Shown here piece by piece: positions 7,626 to 13,630 of a stretch of 13,630 nt of DNA. The position numbers were made by a program, and so were the translations under genes. The notes beneath the pieces were generated by a model that worked only from the letters and a program-made list of their open reading frames with translations, was not told the DNA's origin and ran no database searches. Location of the stretch: UHGV virus genome UHGV-0353144; one strand, written 5' to 3'. This DNA is from a virus. Every line of letters begins with the position of its first letter. The stretch's first letter is position 1.

Positions 7626-7804
7626 CTTGTTTTCCTCGCACGTTCTCTAAGCCACCGGATATCCCACAGGTGAGCCGTGTAGTTGAAGGTTTTTACGTCA
7701 GATTCTTTTGGGATTGGCTTGCGTTTATTTCTGGAGCGCTTCGTTGGAAGGTATTTGCAGTTTTCGCAGATTATGTCGGTGATACTTCGTCGCTGTCGTC
7801 TCAT
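7622..7804 (-). CDS. ninE: NinE
   Basis: ATG at 7804 (ATGA overlap with ninB stop) gives [60 protein letters not shown], matching lambda/DLP12 NinE by recall. The longer ORF-track start at 7864 is probably an upstream extension. Confidence 0.8.
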   Translation of the reverse strand: MRRQRRSITDIICENCKYLPTKRSRNKRKPIPKESDVKTFNYTAHLWDIRWLRERARKTR

Positions 7805-8244
7805 GCCGCCCTGTCTCCCCATCGCGCTTTCCATTCGAGAGCCAGTCTCGCTTCGTCTGACCACTTAACGCCACGCTCTGTACCGAATGCCTGTATAAGC
7901 TCTAATAGCTCCGCAAATTCGCTTACACGCATCCTGCTGGTTGACTGGCCTATTACCACAAAGCCATTCCCGGCAAGGTTAGGAACAACGTCCTGCTGCT
8001 TTAATGCTGCTGTAAAAACGCACTTCCAGCTTTCTGCATCCAGCCAGCGACCATGCCATTCAACCTGACGAGAGACGTCACCAAGGCAAGCCCAAAGCTT
8101 TCGATTCTGGTCTAAGCTGCGGTTGCGTTCCTGAATGGTTACTACGATTGGTTTGGTTGGGTCTGGAAGGATTTGCTGGATAGCTTGAATGGCGTTCTGC
8201 TGATGGATGGTGCTTCTTAGTTCAAACGTTAGTTTCCTCACCAT
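7801..8244 (-). CDS. ninB: NinB (Orf-family recombination mediator)
   Basis: 147-aa product [68 protein letters not shown]... is near-identical to lambda NinB by recall. Confidence 0.9.
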   Translation of the reverse strand: MVRKLTFELRSTIHQQNAIQAIQQILPDPTKPIVVTIQERNRSLDQNRKLWACLGDVSRQVEWHGRWLDAESWKCVFTAALKQQDVVPNLAGNGFVVIGQSTSRMRVSEFAELLELIQAFGTERGVKWSDEARLALEWKARWGDRAA

Positions 8245-8386
8245 TTACGCTCCTGTAATCGTCAAGTGCAGCTGCAATAGTCCCTATCGGGTCATGGTCT
8301 TGCCCGATAATCTCATTTACGTTTTCATCTTCTTCCACACCGAAAAAGAATCGCAGGGCTAACATGATTTCTTCGTATGCGCTCAT
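8222..8386 (-). CDS. hypothetical small protein (54 aa, acidic)
   Basis: Hand-translated: [54 protein letters not shown]. Strong SD GAAGGAG 5 nt upstream of ATG at 8386. Starts 2 nt after the upstream ORF stop; its 3' end overlaps the ninB start. Confidence 0.45.
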   Translation of the reverse strand: MSAYEEIMLALRFFFGVEEDENVNEIIGQDHDPIGTIAAALDDYRSVNGEETNV

Positions 8387-8388
8387 AC

Positions 8389-8628
8389 TCACTCCTTCAC
8401 TTTGACTCCAGCAGCGCGGATGGCGCTCTGCACCTCGCTTACATACAGATATGGGGTTCGCCCACTATGCATGGTAAAGCTTTCAGGAAGCTCAATCTCG
8501 ATAGCTGCTCGCGATGCCTGCCACGCTTGCCAATACATCTCAACCATATTGGCGTATATTTTATTTTTAGGATCACATCCGGTGTAATTTTCAAACCATT
8601 CTTCAAACTGCTTTCTTGATTCGTCCAT
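8389..8628 (-). CDS. hypothetical protein (79 aa from ATG 8628)
   Basis: ORF-track ORF 8389..8652 begins at GTG; the ATG at 8628 has a GGGGA SD and gives MDESRKQFEEWFENYTGCDPKNKIYANMVEMYWQAWQ... No family recognised. Confidence 0.5.
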   Translation of the reverse strand: MDESRKQFEEWFENYTGCDPKNKIYANMVEMYWQAWQASRAAIEIELPESFTMHSGRTPYLYVSEVQSAIRAAGVKVKE

Positions 8629-8629
8629 A

Positions 8630-8845
8630 TCAATCCCCGTTAGTCGTTTCACTCACGAATCTGACAAAACCAGCCATGTTAATTTGCATGAGTTTTTTCA
8701 ACACTTTGTCTCGCCGGCTACGTTTTGGTTTTGGCCTGTGGTTGAATCTTTCACAAACTGGAAGGCTTGACGATTTCCAGTACCTATTACGCCTTGCTCC
8801 ATCTTCCGCCATATCGGCATGAATAAGGTCTGCGAGTGTGCTCAT
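8630..8845 (-). CDS. hypothetical basic protein (71 aa)
   Basis: ATG at 8845 with GGAGAGG SD (track start 8851 is GTG). Product MSTLADLIHADMAEDGARRNRYWKSSSLPVCERFNHRPKPKRSRRDKVLKK... is Arg/Lys-rich. Confidence 0.45.
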   Translation of the reverse strand: MSTLADLIHADMAEDGARRNRYWKSSSLPVCERFNHRPKPKRSRRDKVLKKLMQINMAGFVRFVSETTNGD

Positions 8846-8859
8846 ATTCACCTCTCCAG

Positions 8860-9042
8860 TTACATTGGTTTTGTAATGTTGCTAGTCATCTTACGAATAA
8901 AAAAATGCGTACGTAGCTTTGCTTCCCACATGTAAATCTCCTCAAGGCGAGATAAATCTACGAATACCGGACCTTTGTAATCTGGTCTTGATGCCCTTAT
9001 GTATGAGCTAATAGTTTGTGCATCTTGCTCGTCAAGATTCAT
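8860..9042 (-). CDS. hypothetical protein (60 aa)
   Basis: ATG at 9042 with GAGGG SD; overlaps the upstream 67-aa ORF end by 11 nt. The region is A/T-richer than its neighbours. Confidence 0.4.
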   Translation of the reverse strand: MNLDEQDAQTISSYIRASRPDYKGPVFVDLSRLEEIYMWEAKLRTHFFIRKMTSNITKPM

Positions 9043-9235
9043 GACTTCCCTCTCTAACAGATTTCAGGTTATTCCACTCCGTTACCGCACTGCGATAATT
9101 CGCGGCCGCCACAACAGCGTGGTTAGCGCAGTAGATTTGGCACCCGTTCTCCATGTCGAATATTGTCGGTGATTTTCCGCACTTACATTTTTTGGCACGC
9201 GGTGCGTCTGAACACATTCCGTTAACGGTGTCCAT
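9032..9235 (-). CDS. hypothetical Cys-rich small protein (67 aa), possible zinc ribbon
   Basis: ATG at 9235 with GAGGG SD 8 nt upstream. Product MDTVNGMCSDAPRAKKCKCGKSPTIFDMENGCQIYCANH has five Cys in the first 36 residues. First gene after the terminator that follows the helicase. Confidence 0.5.
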   Translation of the reverse strand: MDTVNGMCSDAPRAKKCKCGKSPTIFDMENGCQIYCANHAVVAAANYRSAVTEWNNLKSVREGSHES

Positions 9236-9260
9236 CAGGATCCCCCTCGTTCTTAATCCA

Positions 9261-9289
9261 ATAAAAAAGGGCTACTGTGTAAATAGCCC
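9261..9289 (-). terminator. intrinsic terminator after the helicase gene (tR2-like position)
   Basis: Stem GGGCTA (9269-9274) / TAGCCC (9284-9289) with a 9-nt loop; on the minus-strand RNA it is followed by UUUUUUAU (complement of 9261-9268). About 30 nt downstream of the helicase stop. Confidence 0.55.
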
Positions 9290-9319
9290 CTGTTATTAGC
9301 TCAGTGATGTAGATGGTCA

Positions 9320-10756
9320 TCAGAATCCTCCTTTCTTCTTGGACTGCGGTTCCTCGCGTTCACGGCGGCGCATTTCAGCAGACTGTTGGTCTGTGTCATA
9401 AATAGCGCCATTTGCCTGAATGCAATACACCGTGCCGGTATTGCCATGACGATTGAGACGAAGGATTAGTTCGGTTTCACCAGGTGGAACACTGTCATCA
9501 AAAGCGCCTTCACGATGGATCCCAACCCAATAATCGCAATCCTGTTCAATCTGCCCTGTATCTCGTGAGTCACTTGGTAATGGGCGTTTATTGGTTCGGC
9601 TTTCCAATGCGCGGTTAAGCTGCGTCAGAAGCACAACAACGCAATCAAGCTCTTTGGCAAGGTTCTTCAGTCCTTTGGTGATCATGCCGTAGGCAAGGTC
9701 GTTGCGATCGGCCTTCTCAGCGGTCATTAGTGTCAGGTAATCGACCAGAATCATGCCAACACATCCTTTTTCTCGCTTGATTCGACGGCTTTCGCTGACG
9801 ATTTGAGCCAGAGATAATCCCGGCGTGTCGTCGATGTAAAGCAGGTCGATTTCACTCAAGCGATTGGCTGTTTCGATCGCCCTGTTGAAGTCACCATCGT
9901 AATCACCCTGATAGCCGTCATCAGCGTCATTTGTCGCCGGAAGGTAAAAAATATTCGGGTTAACACCAGACTTCTGCCCTACCAGTTTTTCCAGTATCTG
10001 ATCACGTGGCATTTCAAGGCTGAACATCAGAGCGGGCTTTTTCTCATGCACTGCGCAGTTGATTGCCATCTGGCTGTATAGCGTCGTTTTACCCATCTTA
10101 GGGCGAGCGCCAATGACAAACAGAGAGCCTTTCACCAGACCTTTCGGTGACAGCATCCTGTCCAGCGATGGGATCCCTGTGCTCATTCCCCGTTGTTCGC
10201 CTGACGGGTCAAATCGCTTCTCAAGGTCGCTAACCCAGCCTTCCATGACCTCACCAAATGAGCGAAGGCCGCGACGCGATCCGGTTTTTGCATGGTCTGT
10301 CAGTTGCGTGAAAATCGCCTGAATAGCTTCGTACTTCTGCGTTGCAGTCATTCCATTGCGGGAATAGAGCAATTCCGTCGCTTCAGTCATGCGGTTGATG
10401 GCGTAGCGTTCCATTGCGGTTTCACGAACCTGCATTGCATAGGCAACAATGTTTGCTGCGCTTGGCGTGTTCTTTGCGATCTCAGCGATATAAGCAAAAC
10501 CGCCAACAGACGCCGTTAACGATTTACGCTCCAGTTCATCGAAAAGCGTCAGGCCATCTACTGGCTTTTGCTCCCGGTGCATTCTGGTTATTTCTTCGAA
10601 AAGGATTTTGTGTGGTCGGCAGTAAAATGAATCAGGCTTCAGCATCGCCAGAACTTTCTGGACGCGCTCACTGCTGTCATCATCCAGAAGCAATCCACCA
10701 ATCACCGCCTGCTCTGCCTCGATGCTATGGGGCGGCGCATAAAAATTATCGGTCAT
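9320..10756 (-). CDS. replicative DNA helicase (DnaB family, P22 gp12-like)
   Basis: ORF 9320..10771 begins at GTG; ATG at 10756 has a GAGGG SD. Walker A GARPKMGKTT and a DnaB-like N-terminal domain (IEAEQAVIGGLLLD). Start overlaps the O-like gene end by 11 nt. Confidence 0.9.
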   Translation of the reverse strand: MTDNFYAPPHSIEAEQAVIGGLLLDDDSSERVQKVLAMLKPDSFYCRPHKILFEEITRMHREQKPVDGLTLFDELERKSLTASVGGFAYIAEIAKNTPSAANIVAYAMQVRETAMERYAINRMTEATELLYSRNGMTATQKYEAIQAIFTQLTDHAKTGSRRGLRSFGEVMEGWVSDLEKRFDPSGEQRGMSTGIPSLDRMLSPKGLVKGSLFVIGARPKMGKTTLYSQMAINCAVHEKKPALMFSLEMPRDQILEKLVGQKSGVNPNIFYLPATNDADDGYQGDYDGDFNRAIETANRLSEIDLLYIDDTPGLSLAQIVSESRRIKREKGCVGMILVDYLTLMTAEKADRNDLAYGMITKGLKNLAKELDCVVVLLTQLNRALESRTNKRPLPSDSRDTGQIEQDCDYWVGIHREGAFDDSVPPGETELILRLNRHGNTGTVYCIQANGAIYDTDQQSAEMRRREREEPQSKKKGGF

Positions 10757-11645
10757 CGTGTTCACCCTCACGAACTTTCAGGTAGGTATTATCGTTAAGC
10801 AGGAAATCAAATCCCTTTTTGTGCCAGACGGTTCCGCGCTGATGGTTTGGGCGCTCTTCGAACATCCATCGGCAATTTTCGCCTACGTAGCTCAAATAAT
10901 TTCTCCAGTCCTGCATCGTGAACCCATGCCCGTCGAGCTGGCGGGTTATCACTCCGGCTTTGCGCCAGAACGTTCGGATCTGGTTTTTACGCTTGTCATT
11001 CAGTGCGCGGATTCTTGGCGCTTCAGGAAGGATTTCGTGGTAAGCATCGACAACATCCTGACAGCTAACGGAAGGTTTTTTCTTGTCAGACTTTTTGTCT
11101 GCTGTGGCACTCTCTAATACGTCAGTATTAGAGATAATATTATTATATTCTTTATCTGTGGTAATTTGCTGGTAATCTGCTGGTACAGTATTGCTTACAG
11201 GCATTGGTATTTCTGGCTTTGAGGTGGTAATTTGCTGGTAATCTGCTGGTACAAAATTTGACTGATAATCGTCATATTTCTCTACCGAGAAAACTGAGAA
11301 TTTACCGTGTGAAACCCAGTCAATCATGCCGAGTTTTTTGAACTTTCTAAGCAGGTACTGAACGCGATCTGGTTTGAGTCCTGTTTCAAACGCCAGAGAG
11401 TTTCTACCGCCAAGTAGCTTCCCTCTGCCTACCAGAATTTCTCCTGCGTCAGTCATTACATACTCAGGCGTATGCTTTGCTTTGAGGATTAAGTGAACCC
11501 ACAGATGCGCAGCTTCTGCGTCCTTGTAAAACGGCACATCCATAATTTTACGGTGCAGCAAGGCATACCCCTTACCGCTGCTTTGATGCGGTTGTTGTAG
11601 CCTTCTGGCCTCTCTGGCTTCGGCTAGATTAGATATGTTACTCAT
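10746..11645 (-). CDS. replication initiator (O-like / P22 gp18-like) containing the origin iterons
   Basis: 299-aa ORF with AAGGAG SD. Sits upstream of the DnaB helicase and contains direct repeats plus an A/T-rich tract in its coding sequence, which show up as the duplicated peptide [10 protein letters not shown]-terminal HTH-like segment. Confidence 0.75.
   Translation of the reverse strand: MSNISNLAEAREARRLQQPHQSSGKGYALLHRKIMDVPFYKDAEAAHLWVHLILKAKHTPEYVMTDAGEILVGRGKLLGGRNSLAFETGLKPDRVQYLLRKFKKLGMIDWVSHGKFSVFSVEKYDDYQSNFVPADYQQITTSKPEIPMPVSNTVPADYQQITTDKEYNNIISNTDVLESATADKKSDKKKPSVSCQDVVDAYHEILPEAPRIRALNDKRKNQIRTFWRKAGVITRQLDGHGFTMQDWRNYLSYVGENCRWMFEERPNHQRGTVWHKKGFDFLLNDNTYLKVREGEHDDR
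11131..11253. repeat. replication origin: A/T-rich tract plus two perfect 30-bp direct repeats built from 11-bp GGTAATnTGCT units
   Basis: GTGGTAATTTGCTGGTAATCTGCTGGTACA occurs at 11158-11187 and again at 11224-11253 (perfect copies, 36-bp spacer). Each copy holds tandem 11-bp sub-repeats. A/T-rich tract at 11131-11156. All inside the O-like ORF, as for lambda ori. Confidence 0.7.
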
Positions 11646-11784
11646 GACCTTTCTCCTTCTGCATCAGCTTCACTTTTTCCAACTCAGCCCGGAATCGACC
11701 AGGCTGCTTGAAGCTGGACAGGAAGCGATCACGTAGTATGTTTTTGTGCATTTTGTCCTGGTAAGGACTGAGTGGTTTTGTCAT
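11638..11784 (-). CDS. hypothetical small protein (48 aa)
   Basis: Hand-translated: [48 protein letters not shown]. Strong SD GAGGAGG 4-5 nt upstream of ATG at 11784. TAATG stop-start overlap with the 134-aa ORF; its stop overlaps the O-like start. Below the ORF-track size cut-off. Confidence 0.4.
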   Translation of the reverse strand: MTKPLSPYQDKMHKNILRDRFLSSFKQPGRFRAELEKVKLMQKEKGHE

Positions 11785-12188
11785 TAAGCCTCCTCTACTT
11801 CGTAATCAGCGAAGTAACCAGTAGACATTTTTAAAAACCTTGATTCGGTGACTGTGTAAGCCTTCCTTCCTTTCCTCTCCTTGCCTTCAGGCTCTATGAG
11901 GTGGCACGAATAAATGATTCTGCGCTGCCAGTTGCCTGGCATTTCCACCACTGCCAGAACCTCAAGAATTCTCTTTCCTTCAGCATCAGCGGTGTAAAAA
12001 CACTGATCACCATAACCACAATCGGCTGGCTCATAATTTTTGTGACAACCGCCAATCCAGCGCTCATCGGTATGCACGTTGCCGTCATAAGACTGATAAT
12101 CTGTGCATACGAAGATAAATGGATATACGGTTTCGAACTTGTCACCGGCCTTTATGCCGGTGTTTACTTGCTTGGTTTGTCCTGGCAT
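11784..12188 (-). CDS. hypothetical Cys/His-rich protein (134 aa) inserted between cII and the O-like gene
   Basis: ORF-track ORF 11784..12395 (203 aa) would overlap cII by ~170 nt. ATG at 12188 has an AGGAG SD (ACAGGAGTAATT-ATG) 34 nt after the cII stop. Product [65 protein letters not shown]... has 5 Cys and 3 His. No family recognised. Confidence 0.6.
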   Translation of the reverse strand: MPGQTKQVNTGIKAGDKFETVYPFIFVCTDYQSYDGNVHTDERWIGGCHKNYEPADCGYGDQCFYTADAEGKRILEVLAVVEMPGNWQRRIIYSCHLIEPEGKERKGRKAYTVTESRFLKMSTGYFADYEVEEA

Positions 12189-12222
12189 AATTACTCCTGT
12201 TACTTGGCGTAACACAGTGTGC

Positions 12223-12501
12223 TTAAGCGTCCAGACTGCTACCAACAGCTGGGCGTTTTTCTTTTGTGAGAATCGATGCCACCTGCTGAGCAAGTCTCGC
12301 CATCTCATCATCAACAACTCCCCATTCAAGAACAGCCAGAAGCATGGCCATCTTTGGGATAAAGCTGTCTTTCCATCGCGAAATTTGCGATTCATTAATC
12401 CCTAACGCGTCGGCAACCTTTCGCTGACCACGTACAGCAATTCGATTCAGGATGTTGCTTGTAATTGCATTCGCTTTCTTGCGAGTACTTGTAAGTTGCA
12501 T
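12223..12501 (-). CDS. cII: CII-like transcriptional activator
   Basis: ATG at 12501 with AAGGAA SD gives MQLTSTRKKANAITSNILNRIAVRGQRKVADALGINESQISRWKDSFIPKMAMLLAVLEWGVVDDEMARLAQQVASILT, homologous to lambda CII (shared ...SQISRWK...PK...MLLAVLEWGVVDD...MARLA.QVA.ILT) by recall. Confidence 0.85.
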   Translation of the reverse strand: MQLTSTRKKANAITSNILNRIAVRGQRKVADALGINESQISRWKDSFIPKMAMLLAVLEWGVVDDEMARLAQQVASILTKEKRPAVGSSLDA

Positions 12502-12580
12502 ATGTAAGTATTTCCTTAGATAACAATTGATTGAATGTATGCAAATAAATGCATACACCATAGGTGTGGTTTAATTTGAT
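12502..12580 (-). terminator. tR1 region (Rho-dependent in lambda) between nutR and cII
   Basis: The minus-strand sequence ...CATCAAATTAAACCACACCTATGGTGTATGCATTTATTTGCATACATTCAATCAATTGTTATCTAAGGAAATACTTACAT-ATG matches the lambda nutR-tR1-cII leader as I recall it. Rho-dependent sites cannot be confirmed from sequence alone. Confidence 0.45.
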
Positions 12581-12612
12581 GCCCTTTTTCAGGGCTGGGA
12601 TGTGTAAGAGCG
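12581..12612 (-). promoter_or_regulatory. nutR (boxA CGCTCTTAC + boxB GCCCTGAAAAAGGGC), lambda-type N utilisation site
   Basis: Minus strand reads CGCTCTTAC (12604-12612) ... GCCCTGAAAAAGGGC (12581-12595), the canonical lambda boxA and boxB hairpin, directly downstream of cro. Confidence 0.8.
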
Positions 12613-12620
12613 GGAATGTC

Positions 12621-12836
12621 TTAAGCGGCTTTGTGTTCCGGCGGGAACACGTCATCAAGACTGACTTTTGCGCCTAACTTGTTTAGGCACTCAACAAGAG
12701 CACGGCATGTTTTAAGGTCTGGGAAGCGACGACCAGATTCCCAATGTCCGATAGCTCCCTGTGTGCATCCAACTGCCTTAGCAAGTGTTGTTTGAGAGAT
12801 ATTCAGTGACTCTCGATATTTTCGTAGGTTGCTCAT
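12621..12836 (-). CDS. cro: Cro-like repressor (HTH, XRE-type)
   Basis: ORF-track ORF 12621..13007; ATG at 12836 with GGAGGG SD gives MSNLRKYRESLNISQTTLAKAVGCTQGAIGHWESGRRFPDLKTCRALVECLNKLGAKVSLDDV (71 aa). Divergent from cI across the operator region. Shares the TQG-IGHW recognition-helix motif with the cI N-terminus. Confidence 0.75.
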   Translation of the reverse strand: MSNLRKYRESLNISQTTLAKAVGCTQGAIGHWESGRRFPDLKTCRALVECLNKLGAKVSLDDVFPPEHKAA

Positions 12837-12947
12837 ATGCCCTCCATAGTAACCATGAAACAATAATACGATATGTACTTTTAGAATGCAAACAAAAAAT
12901 ACATCTTGTGCATGGATGGTTTTAGTACAGAGCGTAATAATAAGGGT
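12837..12947. promoter_or_regulatory. immunity control region (OR) with divergent PR (toward cro) and PRM-like (toward cI) promoters
   Basis: Minus-strand PR candidate: TTGCAT (12886-12891), 17-bp spacer, TATTAT (12863-12868). Plus-strand TAATAAT (12935-12941) sits just before the cI ATG, a PRM-like near-leaderless arrangement. The motif TACGnnnTGTAC occurs at 12867-12878 and inverted at 12925-12936; a related copy lies at 12900-12912. Operator boundaries are not resolved. Confidence 0.55.
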
Positions 12948-13607
12948 ATGAAAATGAAATGGTATGAACTGGCTAGATCCAGAATGAAAGAGCTCGGCAT
13001 AACTCAAGAGAAGTTAGCTGAAGAGCTTGGTATGACGCAGGGTGGAATTGGTCACTGGTTGCGCGGATCTCGTCATCCATCTCTTGACGAGATTGGTGTG
13101 GTGTTTAAATACCTTGGTATTGATAACGTCTCATTCAACCACGACGGTACATTTTCACCTGTTGGCGAATACTCATCTGCCCCCGTTAAAAAACAATATG
13201 AGTACCCTGTTTTTTCTCATGTTCAGGCCGGGATGTTCTCGCCTGAGCTTAGAACCTTTACCAAAGGTGATGCGGAGAGATGGGTCAGCACAACCAAAAA
13301 AGCCAGTGATTGTGCGTTCTGGCTTGAAGTTGAAGGTAATTCCATGACCGCGCCAACAGGATCCAAGCCAAGCTTTCCTGACGGGATGTTAATTCTCGTT
13401 GACCCTGAGCAGGCTGTTGAGCCAGGTGATTTCTGCATAGCCAGACTTGGTGGTGACGAGTTTACCTTCAAGAAACTGATCAGGGATAGCGGTCAGGTGT
13501 TCCTACAGCCACTAAACCCGCAATATCCAATGATTCCATGCAATGATAGCTGTTCCGTAGTAGGGAAAGTTATCGCCAGCCAGTGGCCTGAAGAGACATT
13601 TAGTTAA
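12948..13607 (+). CDS. cI: CI repressor (non-lambda N-terminal HTH domain, lambda-type C-terminal S24 autocleavage domain)
   Basis: ORF 12906..13607; ATG at 12948 ([40 protein letters not shown]...). From [31 protein letters not shown] through [24 protein letters not shown] to the C-terminus it matches lambda cI by recall; the N-terminal ~90 aa do not. Confidence 0.9.
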   Translation: MKMKWYELARSRMKELGITQEKLAEELGMTQGGIGHWLRGSRHPSLDEIGVVFKYLGIDNVSFNHDGTFSPVGEYSSAPVKKQYEYPVFSHVQAGMFSPELRTFTKGDAERWVSTTKKASDCAFWLEVEGNSMTAPTGSKPSFPDGMLILVDPEQAVEPGDFCIARLGGDEFTFKKLIRDSGQVFLQPLNPQYPMIPCNDSCSVVGKVIASQWPEETFS

Positions 13608-13630
13608 CAGCCTCACAACTCTAAAACACA

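Noticed and set aside
7670-8068. Plus-strand ORFs 7670..8068 and 7683..7868
   Set aside because: Antisense to ninE and ninB, both recognisable lambda-type proteins.
8377-8822. ORFs 8377..8619 (+), 8402..8587 (+), 8439..8633 (-), 8616..8822 (+)
   Set aside because: Overlap the SD-supported minus-strand small ORFs in other frames or strands. I kept the minus-strand set because the ORFs form a coupled chain with SDs, but this region is the least certain call in the window.
10756-10771. GTG start at 10771 for the helicase, and the upstream track starts for ninE (7864), ninH (6103), ninI (5952) and cro (13007)
   Set aside because: In each case an internal ATG with an SD, usually in a stop-start overlap with the preceding gene, matches the lambda-type protein N-terminus better; the longer track forms are upstream read-through of the same frame.
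10059-11117. Plus-strand ORFs 10059..10322, 10292..10519, 10414..10785 and 10758..11117
   Set aside because: Antisense to the DnaB helicase (Walker A present) and the O-like gene.
11894-12405. ORFs 11894..12145 (-), 11901..12212 (+), 12103..12405 (+), and the 5' extension of ORF 11784..12395 beyond 12188
   Set aside because: Alternative-frame or antisense overlaps of the 134-aa ORF. The 203-aa extended form would overlap cII by ~170 nt and lacks an SD, whereas ATG 12188 has AGGAG at the correct spacing.
12395-12658. Minus-strand ORF spanning the cro 3' end, nutR and the cII 5' end
   Set aside because: Covers the nutR boxA/boxB and leader region where lambda has no gene, and overlaps both cro and cII out of frame.
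13042-13471. ORFs 13042..13347 (+) and 13223..13471 (-) inside cI
   Set aside because: Alternative-frame or antisense to the cI repressor gene.
1-13630. Search by eye for tRNA genes, CRISPR repeats, rRNA fragments and insertion-sequence inverted repeats
   Set aside because: I saw no tRNA T-loop or acceptor-like structure, no regularly spaced short repeats other than the ori iterons, and no transposase-like ORF or terminal inverted repeats. A tRNAscan or IS search could still find something I missed.

Overview
This window is a segment of a mosaic lambdoid prophage or phage (lambda/HK97-like, enterobacterial), presented in reverse orientation relative to the conventional lambda map. Every gene except cI is on the minus strand. 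Reading right to left: cI (+) | OR with PR/PRM | cro | nutR-tR1 | cII | an inserted pair of unknown ORFs (134 aa Cys/His-rich + 48 aa) | O-like initiator with an internal iteron origin | DnaB-type helicase | terminator | five small unknown ORFs | ninB-ninE-ninF | Rha/ANT antirepressor | YbcO-like | RusA | ninH-ninI | Q-like antiterminator with PR' and a tR'-like terminator | ~400 nt untranslated late leader | S-R-Rz/Rz1 | terminator | KilA-N protein + 85-aa ORF | 353-nt gap | HNH endonuclease | cos candidate | terminase small subunit | terminase large subunit (partial, runs off the left edge). I saw no rRNA, tRNA or CRISPR array. Family and lambda-similarity calls rest on my recall of the proteins and of the lambda sequence, not on any search. 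The most interesting unexplained content is the two-gene insertion at the cII/O junction, the small-ORF cluster between the helicase and ninB, and the KilA-N/85-aa pair plus the gap between the lysis and packaging modules. Almost all plus-strand ORFs in the track are antisense shadows of minus-strand genes.
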